From Reticulomyxa filosa (lineage: Eukaryota; Protista; Foraminifera): a DNA stretch of 33,732 bases. Under the pieces are notes generated by a model. The model ran no database searches. It was given only the letters and a program-made list of their open reading frames with translations, and had not been told where the DNA came from. The DNA lies in the NCBI GenBank assembly GCA_000512085.1, contig ASPP01006696.1:1-33732 (forward strand), read 5' to 3'. Each line of letters starts with the position of its first letter. Within the stretch, counting starts at the first letter, position 1. Below, piece by piece: positions 12,427 through 23,009 of the stretch. The translations under genes were made by a program, and so were the position numbers.

Positions 12427-13205
12427 ATGCCAAAGCGGAAATTAGAAACAAAAAGCTGGTCCGAACTAAACCTGAAAGATTTAAGCGGAAAAGATCTGAG
12501 ACAACTGTTGTCAACTCGAGGGGTGTCAAACATTCCGTCAAAACGTGCTGAAATGGAGCAGCTGTTAAAAACAAAGCCAGTGGAAATCGAATATGAAGAA
12601 GAGATGACACTAAAGCAAATAAAAGCGGAGTTGCGACTGCTTGGACGAGATGATTCCACCGCCAAAAAGGAAGTGCTGTTGCAACGACTAACAGGAGATA
12701 TTGCAGCACCACTAAAAAAAGACATAAACTAGCAAAAGGGAAAAAAAGCAAAGCCCTCGGAGCAAAGGTGTTTGTTCTTGTCCGTGAACAGTCATCTTCA
12801 ACCGCAATACATTTAGGTCCATTTGTAGTACATTTTTTTTTTTGCAAAAGGGGGAAAGCGCGTGTACCTTTTATATGTTAGCGGAGTTTTTGCTGTTGTA
12901 CATTTTTTTTGGATAGTTTTTGAGACAGCGTATAACTAAGGGTTTTGTATAAACGAACAGAAACGAAATCCTCAAAGGTTTTAGGAGTGTTCACCTCTGA
13001 ACAAAGTGCGTATGATGCGGCGATTGACCAATTGTTTGAGGAGCTGCTACAGAAAAACCAAGAATATTTGCAAAGTAAAGGCGAAACAGCAAATGGTAAA
13101 AATGTTTCTTCTTCGGCATTCGGAAGAGATTCCATTGTTTGTGTTCCACCTTGGAATCCAGAAGACTTGCCTGAGGCTTGGATTCTTGAAGTCGATGTTC
13201 AGTAA
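12427..13205 (+). CDS. Protein with two SAP-like helix-extension-helix motifs and a C-terminal alpha/beta segment; frameshifted, splice junction unresolved
   Basis: ATG at 12427. LSGKDLRQLLSTRGV..KRAEMEQLL and MTLKQIKAELRLLGRDDSTAKKEVLLQRL. One extra A at 12714-12720 continues the frame as KKRHKLAKGKKSKALGAKVFVLVREQ. A downstream exon reads SKVLGVFTSEQSAYDAAIDQL (12945-13205). Confidence 0.6.
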
Positions 13206-13819
13206 TAAATAAAAAAAGATGCAATACCAAGTTCATCGACTCCTTCGTAGAGTGTTGGCCCTAGTAAAATAACATATTGTTTTTCTTTCTTTTTTTTATT
13301 ATCATTGTCAAGTTCTTTTTTTTCTTGAGGTATATATGTATCGTTGGAAAGAAGGGAGAGAATGAATTTTTGTGAACGTTGGGTTTGAGATGTGCAATGT
13401 ACATTTAATGCAATATTGCAAGTGGACTTGTTACCTTGTAACGGTTCATTTTGCAAGCAAAACAATTAGAGTTTGGTTTCAATTGAAATTTCTTATGTTT
13501 CAAGAGTGAAAAATGCAATATTTGCCCAAAAAGTGACCAATATGATACTAATTAACACTGCAATATCTTGACATAAAATAAAAAAAAGAACATTGATAAA
13601 TTTTTCAAACAGTTTACTCGATAAAGTTAGAGACCGTTATTGAATTGAGAGGGGCAACGACTACATTAAAGAAAGGGATTGTTATATTAAATGGGTTAAA
13701 TTCGTATCACTGACCATTGTTACTACGTAAACAGTTACAATTGTTTACCAAAAGCGGGAACATTTTTTTTTTTTTTACCCTCTTTTTTATGTGTCAATCA
13801 TTGACAGATTTTTGGCGTT

Positions 13820-16800
13820 ATGGGATGTTGTGCAAGCAGCGTCCCTCAAGGTACGTTTCTCTCTCCAATCTTTTGAGTACCTGGTAAGCGGTCATTCCAT
13901 GAACTTGTATACACACGTCAGACGCTGAGAAGTCAGAAGCAGGAGCTCAAGGCGACTCAAACAAGCAAGAGACTCAAGGAAAAGAAGAAAATAAATCTAG
14001 CGAAGCAGATAATATGTCAAGTAAACGCGTTGAAGAATACCAGGAGGAAACTGAAAAGTTGCGAGTGGAATTGGTCCAAACAAAAAAAAGTTGACTAATT
14101 TTTTTAAAATATGAATATATCTGTTTCGTGCCCTTTCTCTCCCCCGACCTCTTTTTCTCCCTTACATTTTTATGTATGCACAAAACTCTAAAAATATCTC
14201 AAAACAGGATTGGATACCACGTCCACCGACCTTACAACTAATCAGTCCACCATCAAACGTAAACTGTTTTTTTGTATAAATTTATTATTTGTTCCATTGA
14301 AAAAGGAAATCAAAAAAATTATATGTGTATGCATAAAAATAGAACTTCAAGATGAAGTGAGGGTATTAAAAATGCAATTGGAAACAACTCGAGCAGAACT
14401 GACAGCAGTAGCGGATGAGAAAAGTGGAGATAGCAAAGCAAGCCATGAACGTAGGCAATCGGTCGCAAATGTTTTGAAAATGAGTAATGAGATGGAAAAA
14501 TTGCAGCAACAAATCGTCGAAAAAGACGAAAGTTGACAATTTTTTTTTGTTATATGTCAGTGAGGCGTTTCTAGAAAAAAAAAACTTGATTTAAAAAGTT
14601 TTGTTAAAAAAAAAAACAGTTGTAGCAAAATTGAAAAATGCGAACACTCAGCTAGAAAGCAAAATCAACAATAATGAAGTAGAGTTGCAACAGTTTGCAA
14701 GTAAATGGGCTGCCATTCAGGCCGCAAATGAAAAGTTGGAAACCCAACAAAAGGATTTGGAAAAACAATTAGAATTTGAAAACATAGACACGCAAATGAT
14801 TCGTTGCAAAAAGAAACAGAAATTATTGGTAATAAAAAATCTTTTTGATTTTTATTTGATTGTACGTATAAAAAAAAAGTTACCAATAGTGATTTGCCAG
14901 ATTAGAGGGAAAGGGGGTGGTTGTCGTTTTGATTTTGTGGACGGAATTGTAAACAGAGTTGCGACAACAAGTCCATTCGTTGCGAAATGAATCGGCTCGT
15001 CGCAGTGTATCGTATTCAAAATCAATGCAAGCGGAAGATCACTTGCAATTGGAAAATGCCCAATTGAAAAAAGACTTTCCACTTTACAAAGCCAACAAAC
15101 AACCTTCCGAGAAATCCAAAGAGAGTATCAGGATGAATTGCAGAAACTAAAAGAACGTGATCCCGAGTTTTTGCAGCAATTATTTAACGAACGAGAAGAA
15201 TTGAAGAAACGATTGACAGCTGTACAATCGAATTTCAAGTCCAAGTCTTACGGTTAGGATATACATTTTGTTTAATAATCATATACGCGTTTGAGTTTAA
15301 AAAAAAAAAAATTGTCAGAGTACGATCTGAAAATTGAAGAGTTGAACCGTGACAAAGAAGCATTTAGCAAAAAATTTCAAGATTACGAACAGATTGCGGT
15401 GAAACACGAAAAAGAAATGACTGCATTGCAATTAAGACTAGATTTGCTCAACAAAGAAAAACAAGGCGTGGAAAAGCAAATGACCGACCTCACCATTGAG
15501 CTACAAAATTTGAAAAATAATGCCGCTACTCCCACCTCGAATGAAGAAAGCGCCGTAAACACTCAAAAGTTGTTGAAAGGTCTGTTTGGAAGAAACAATG
15601 CAGCCGCGAATGCTGGTTCGAGCGACGAAAAAAGTGGTGAAAAAAAAGGAACCACTGCCAAAGAGGGACAACAGGGCCAAGGCCAAGGACAACAAGGCCA
15701 AGGACAACAAGGTCAAGGCCAAGGACAACAGGGCCAAGGCCAACAGGGCCAAGGCCAATCGAGCCAAGAAGGCGAAACTACAGGCACTGTGGCAAGCGCA
15801 GATGCCCCGAAGAAATTGACATTGGCGGAAAAAATTGCACTCGCTAAAAAGGCACAGGAAGAGCAGGGAAAAAAAAATAGTGAAGGTACATCCGCAGAAG
15901 GAAAACCTGACGCAGCGGCTGATGCATCTAAAGATCCAAAACAAAAGTGTTACGTTTTTTTTTTTATTTTTGTTTTGTGATTTTTTTGTTTTTGGTTGAT
16001 TTTGAATTGATTAGTGTTGGAAGGATTGCTGAAAAAGTCAGCAAATAAAGCCACACCAGCGCCTCAAGAAGCAACAACTGAAACAGCCGGAGCCTCGCCA
16101 TCACCAATGACACCACTGTCCGAAGCTGCAGATCGTTTCGCAAAATACGAAAAAATGAAAAAAGTTGGAATGCCCCCACAGGCCATTAGAAACAAAATGA
16201 AAACAGACAAAATATCAGACGAAGATATCGCCAAATTCTTTGGAGAAACGCCACCTGCGAGCGCCACGCCTAAACCAGCAGAGGCAGCTGTCGATTTGTC
16301 GAAACATGATTTAAGTAAGTACGACAAAATGAAAAAAGTTGGCATGCCAGATGGTGCAATTCGCAACAAAATGAAACAAGACAAAATCGATGAGAAAGTA
16401 ATTGCCGCCTACTTTGGCGATCCTATTCCACAAGGAGCTGAAACCGGGGCAGGAGCAGGAGCTGGAGCTGAAGAAGAGGAAGAAGAAATGAAACCTCCTG
16501 GAGAAAAACCTGATCTAACAAAATATGAACGCTTTAAAAAAATTAACATGCCTCCCCCAGCCATTCGCCAAAAAATGAAGCAAGACCAAATCCACGAATA
16601 TTGGATATGCACCTTCCTTGGAGAGCCCATACCAAAAATCAAAAAAGGTGCCAAGCCACCTCCACCAAAACCAGACCTGGGAAAGTTTAATCAAAAATAT
16701 ACACACACACAAAAAAAAAAAGCAAGAGTGAGACAATTTAGGATCGCCATACTAATTTTATTTGCTTGTCTGTGTGCGTACGTGCCTTCGCACGATACTG

Positions 16801-19558
16801 CTTTTTATTTTAAAAAAGATATGAAACGATGAAAAAAGTTGGAATGCCTGAAGGTGCAATCCGAAACAAAATGAAACAAGATAAGATCGATGAGTATTGG
16901 ATCGCATTTTTCTTTGGAGAGCCGTTGCCTGGTGGTGCGGCAACCAAAAAACCAGCAAAGAAAGTACAACGCAATGTAAAACCGTTCCATTGGCGAAAAA
17001 AATCAGATTGCGAGTGGGAAAAAACAATTTGGGGAGAAGTCAAAATAGATGACAGCTTTTTCGACAAACAAATGCAAGGAATGATAGAAAACAACTTTCG
17101 AAATGTGGACCCAGCAGATAAAAAAAAAGATGATAAAAAAAAACAAGACAAGAAAGAACCAGAAGAAATCACCTTATTGGATGGAAAGAGAAGCTTCAAC
17201 ATTAACGTAGGGTTGTCCAGAGTTAATATGACAGACATTGAAATACGAGATTGCTTGCTGACCATGGATGAAACAGTTGATTTTTATCATAAAAGATAAA
17301 AAAAAACATGCCATATGATAACACATAAAAGATTGCAAAATAAACAATAGAAAATGGATCGTGAGTTAATTCAAAAATTACTCAAGTACGTGCCCACTAA
17401 TGATGAATTGAATCTAGTTCGATCTTTCAAAGGGGATAAGACTAAAGCTGGGTAGAGCCGAAAAATTATTTGACGTGTTGAGTATGATGACAGATATTCC
17501 TTTAAGGTTAGAGTTGTGGGATTTCAAACTGGGCTTCTATGACAAAGTATCCGATATCGAGATGCGAATCACGACTGTAGATTCCACCTTGACTTTATTA
17601 AGGTTGTGCCAAAAATTCATTTCTCTGTGTTTCCTTTTTTTTATTTGTTTGAATGTTTTATTTTTTGGGTGCCCCTGTGATCTACTTGCATAGAGACTCA
17701 CCACATATCCGAAAATTTATGGAAGTATGTTTAGCAGTTGGCAACTTTATCAATGAAGGAACGAACCGTGGTGACGCAAAAGGATTTCGCTTGGAGACAT
17801 TCGATCGAGTTAGGAGAAAAAAAAAAGTCTACTGACAAACTTAATTTCAGTTGGATTGTTAACCGTAATTTGTAACTGTGACATAGCTGGAATCACTGAA
17901 AACAACTGACGGAAAAATGACAATGTTTATGTTTATTGTACAAATCATCGACAACAATCATAAGGAATTGTTTACAGACTTTCCTGACAATCTTACGAAA
18001 GTCGTTGAAAATGCCAAGAAAAGTGTGTTACACTTTCTGTTTGTGTTTCCCTTGCTTCGCTTTTTTCAACACTTATGACAAAACAATGGATTGGATTTCA
18101 CAAATGAAATAGTGGAATCGAAAGCAATTCGTGATGCAATTGGAGATATGGAAGATGCAATGGAGAGAATTGGCAAAAAGATACGACGAGCAAATCGAAA
18201 TTTAAAAGATCTGCAAAACCAATTTAACAAACGAGCCGGAACTGTATTAAATATTTTTGCGAAATTGAAGGCGACAAGTTCTCAAGTAAAACAGGAATCT
18301 CGAGCCAATGTCCTGAAACTGGGTGCAGGTGGCGGTGGCGGTGGCGGTGGTGGCATTCTCGCCCGAGTGAGAGCAAGCAAAGCAGCAGCAGTGGCAGAGA
18401 GAGACCGTTCTTCCACTTTAGCAAACCCACTTGGTAATTTTTATTTAAATAAAATACAACAATAATAAATTTGAATTTGCTTGGTTGGAATATCATACTA
18501 TGTTACAGAAAAAGAATCAAAAGGTGAGCCAGGAGAAGGTGAACTCAGTGAAACCGAAGATAGTGAGAATAGAATAAAACGAGCGCGTAGTGCTACCCTG
18601 AAAAAACCACCAGAGGATGGTCAACCAGTAGTACCGAATCAGAATGCCGGCCCACCAGCAGATCGATTTGACTCAGCCATGACTGGATTTCATACTCGTG
18701 CTGAAAACAAAGTTTCACAATTGAAGGAGTCATTTGCTCAGCTTAAAAAAGAGCTGGAGATACTGCGTTTCGTAGAAAACTCTACAGTTTTTTGTATGAG
18801 GGCAGATCTATGTATGTACATATGTAATCAAGATAAAATAAAATGAAATAAAATAGAGAATTTTTTGGAGAACATGATGACTTGGAATGGGAGCAAATGT
18901 TCAAAATATTTTTAAAATTTTTTGAGCAATACTCGGTATGTTGTCTTCATTGCTTATCTTTTGAACTTTCAAACGTATGATGTCTGTGTCTTTTAACCTG
19001 ATATTGCTGTTAGAAATCTCACAAAGCCTTGCAAGATATGAAAAAAAAAGGTATTCGTTACTTTTTTGTCTTATTTTAAAAAGTGCACTGTAACACTTGC
19101 TTGCACTAATAAATTGAATGGTGTGTATGAAAATGGGCTATAAAGAGGAAAAGGAACGTGAAAAAAAAGAAAAAGAAGAAAAGAAGAAACTGCAAGGAGA
19201 GAAAAAAGGCCCTAAAAATAAGCTTAGTGGTAGTGGGCCAGAGCCTTCAAACGTATTGGAAGAAATACGCTTAAAGTCGGCTCGTGGAGTTTTGTTACCG
19301 GAAAAAATCCAGAAAACCGAAACCAGTCCTTCAACACCAACAGGAAATATGCCTACCACCGAAAATGCTCCTACAATAACTGAAAATACATCCAAAACGA
19401 CTGTAGATGAACCCAAAATAACCGACACCGCGCCCACGTCACCACAAAACAATCCAACTTCACCACAAATTAATGAAGGCGACAATGAGATTGGAGAAGA
19501 TGACGTGTGGCTGGACGAAATCACAAGCGGGTTGTTGGAAGAAGAAACTTCCTCATAA
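13820..19558 (+). CDS. Formin (FH2) with N-terminal MGCC acylation motif, long coiled coil, four WASHC3/CCDC53-like repeats and a C-terminal WH2/DAD-like motif
   Basis: About 17 exons; introns include 13851-13921, 14090-14207, 14259-14342, 14532-14619, 14829-14956, 15253-15318, 15949-16014. FH2 motifs VKPFHW, TIW, LLDGKRSFNINVGLSR, KYVPTNDE, RLELWDFK, LAVGNFINEG, AKGFRLETFDRLESLKTTD, DRFDSAMTGF, FFGE. Apparent frameshifts at 14779-82, 15067-72 and 17444-46. Confidence 0.9.
15665..15758 (+). repeat. Coding tandem repeat encoding (GQ/GQQ)n within the formin
   Basis: Units such as ggacaacagggccaaggccaa translate to GQQGQGQGQQGQGQQGQGQGQQGQGQQGQGQ. Confidence 0.9.
16130..16930 (+). repeat. Four ~35-aa repeats KY(E/D)xxKK(V/I)(G/N)MPxxAIRxKMKxDxI within the formin
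   Basis: KYEKMKKVGMPPQAIRNKMKTDKI; KYDKMKKVGMPDGAIRNKMKQDKI; KYERFKKINMPPPAIRQKMKQDQI; (spliced) KYETMKKVGMPEGAIRNKMKQDKI. Each is followed by a (F/Y)(F/L)G(E/D) motif. Confidence 0.92.
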
Positions 19559-21508
19559 ATGTATAAATGTGAATTGTTATTTTTCTTGTGTTTTTATGTT
19601 TTTATCCCGGGATGAAACGATAAATGGGGGAGAGGACATGGGCGTGTTAATACCTTAATGGCATGCAATTTCTTTTGCACTTATACCACTGCATTTCAAA
19701 TGCAGATTCACAAATAGAAATTCGCAAAACTAAGCGTCATTCTATTCCTTTACTTTGTTGTCAACTTTTTACATTTTTTGACGCACTATTTTAAGTCACT
19801 TGTACTGCTATGTCTGAGGGTATAATTGAGTAACTTCTTTATTAATGCTTGGATTATTTTTTCAAAGCAAGATACAAAAGTAAAGGAATCATCAGATCTT
19901 TCTGGAATGAGATATCGCTTGGCAGAAGTAAAAAAAGAAGACACATTAAAAAATGTATCATCAATTACTTGATTTTTACAAAATTATGTGTTAACACTTT
20001 ATTAATCATTGACACTCACATTATTGCTTTTTTATAATTTCAGCCAAATAAATAATTTTTCTAGTGATGAAAATACAATATTGCAAAAAAAGTTACTACC
20101 TAAATGGCACGAACAGAATCTATTTCTATGAAAACAAACATTTAACGCTAATTTTTAAAAATATGTACAAATACTGTAGTTTTTAAATATGAGTTGGTTT
20201 TATAATAACTTTTTTCTATCTTAATCAAAAACATCACTTTTTCATGTGATTTTTCAAAATTTCGCAAGTTAACTTGTGTCACCAAGACGAAATTTTTAAA
20301 TTTTTGTTTCTTTTTTAGGAATCTTCCAGTCACGTACATACTTTTTAAAAATTCAACAATTAAAGTTTAATTTTAAACTATTTTTTTGTATAATTCGAAT
20401 TTTATCTTCGAAATTTTATTTATGTATTGACTTGTTGTAATAATTTTTATAATATAAGCAATACAACATGTTGTTTTTTTTCATATATTTATAAATTTTA
20501 GAGCTGACTTACAATATTTTGCAGATGTAGGAAGTTGGTAACTGGTCTCGACAGGAATAGCAAGTGTAATACGAATAGTTGCTCTTTAAGCAATATTCAA
20601 AAACGAAACTAGTTTAAATAAAAGAATATAAAACAACAACAAGATAATAAGAGAAGTTGTAAGAAAAGGTAAGTAAGTTGTTGTAAAAAAGAGGTTTCCT
20701 AGGTTACGCAAGAACTTCCCTTTACACTGTTAGGGCCTTGTCCTACACAGGTATGCATAACGCATTTTTAACCAAAACAATCTCAAATTATGATAAAATC
20801 TTTTCAGTTTTGATTTAATCTTTTTCAAGCGATTTGATTCAATCACTTCCACGCAAATTAATCTTTGTCTAATCTAAAGATACAGCTCACAGTAACATAT
20901 ATCTGGTATTTGTACATGTTTATAAATTCGAAGCATGAATTTACTATATCCAAGTTTGGCTTTTTCTTCTTAGTCGCTGCAATTAAGCTATTTCAAAAAG
21001 TCAAATTTTTCACAACTAAAAATCTTAGAAAAACAGCCAAACACATAAAAAAAATTAATATTTAAAACGACGATATTTATATATTCTTTAAAAAATTAGT
21101 GTTAAATGTTATTAATAATTTCATATTTTACCAAATAGATCCAAAGATAATACTGAAACAAGTCACATTAGGCTAATTGTAGTTAAAAAGTTTAGAGTTG
21201 AGACGGATATGCTAGAGTAAAACTAGATATTTATTTCAGTCTGCTAATTTTATTTCGTGTTGTGTCTTTTGTCTAAAAAGTGCAGATTCAAAGTTAAAAA
21301 TTCGTCACTCGACATATACAGGTTATAATTGTTAATGTGGAAATTCAATAACAAATTCTCCAACAAGCCAACACTTGTTTAAAAATTGTTATATATGCTT
21401 GGTTTTTTGAAGTTGCGTACGCCTCTCGCATGCACACAAAAATGCTTATTTACAAAATACCTCCTCTACTTGTCAATTGTTCGTTATTCAATAATTATTT
21501 AATTTAGT

Positions 21509-22520
21509 TTATGTATTTTTATTTTCTGGATCTTCTTCCGCATCAAACTCTTTGTTGTTAACTTGTGGAGACAACGATTCTTCTTCATTATCGTCGTCAT
21601 CGCCATCGTCCATTCCAACCCATGTGCACAGTCCGTAGACAAACTCGGGAAACTCAATGGTTTTATCACCGTTAAAGTCCAATTCCTTCAAGCGCTCATT
21701 AATCAGATCGTCTTGTTTCATACTCAAAAACGCGCCCTTTAGTTCATTAAAATCGATTTCTCCGCTCTTGTCTTTATCGATTTTGTCAAAAGCTTGGCGA
21801 ACAACCTGAGAACAAATCAAGCCATTAAAAAAGGAAAAATATACGAACGCAAAAAAAATAAATAACTAAAAATCCTTCACGAATTTCTTGAAACTTTTGG
21901 GTCTGACTCTCTCCACTTTTTTTGAGAAATAAACCAACAGCAGAAGCAATCAACAATTCTTTGAATTCGATCTTGTCATCCCCATCCAAGTTACTTGTTT
22001 GGATTATCTCATTGACCACTTCTTCCGTCAATTCTTCTTCTTTTGCACCTAATTCAATCAAGATTGGTTTCACCAATGACTTTGGGACCCACTTTTTATC
22101 TCCTGCATGCTTATTAAATATTTCTTGGATTGCCCGAAATGACTGTATCATTTTTATGTAAAGTTTTTTTTCTGGAAGCTCCTTTTTTTTTTAGACATAG
22201 TTGATAAACAGAATGCAACTCTTCTAATTTTTGGAAATTTAATGGCGATTTGTGTCATGACACCATGTTGGGTCACTCTTCGACTCGATGTTTTTTCATG
22301 CTTGCCCTTTATTGTAATCACGTATTGTAGCAAACAAAACTTTTTTTAATCTTTTTTTTGGTATTTGTGCTTTCAAAGTCGTGATCATTCAATTTTTGAA
22401 CAAAATTTTTTTGAAAACTGATGACAAGGCGATTTGTGTCAAATGATCGTTGGTCGTGTTTGTCGTTTGTGGTTGCTCGCCAGGTTCAATTTTCTGTCCG
22501 CGATTGCAACAACCGCCCAT
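21509..22520 (-). CDS. Calmodulin-like EF-hand Ca2+-binding protein with N-terminal MGGCC acylation motif
   Basis: Exons 22520-~22419, ~22339-22220, 22142-21867, 21804-21509; the first junction is tentative. MGGCCNRG...QIAIKFPKIRRSFRAIQEIF. EF loops NLDGDDKIEFKE, DKDKSGEIDFNE, DFNGDKTIEFPE; the first EF-hand is degenerate. Confidence 0.85.
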
Positions 22521-23009
22521 TGTTTTGTCTATATTAGAAATCGCCAAAATAATTGTTTAAAGGCCCCGTTACTTCACTGCACCTTTCGTTTACTGTTCTT
22601 TTGTGTAGTAAAAAAGAGTGATTGTATTTATTTTTTGCTTTAATCTCATTGTTTGTTTGGCTTGCACGATTTCTACCTTCTTTAGACGCTGAAGATAATA
22701 AGAAGTTTGTCATTAGGCTTATTAATATATACAATAAACAATTATATTTTTTTAGTGTGTCATACTGGCCCAGTGGGAATATGAGTTAGTCTTTAATCCC
22801 AAATCTCAGAACAACAAAAATCAGTTTTTAGTAAAAGTGAATTCATCAACCATAAAAAAAGTATTCTGTTTGACAAATAGAGAAAAAGATCTCACTATTG
22901 AAGCGTTACCGTAATGTACTACTAACAAAAAGAGTAATCTACAAGAAAAAATAGAGACAGTGTTGTCAGGAGTCCTCCAAAACCGAAACGAACGCCAAAA
23001 AAAAGTAGT

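Noticed and set aside
15665-16930. Repeats in the formin as a CRISPR-like array
   Set aside because: They are in-frame coding repeats with synonymous variation in a spliced eukaryotic gene.
19700-21500. 1.8-kb AT-rich intergenic region with short ORFs
   Set aside because: No recognisable motif, RNA gene or repeat structure by eye.
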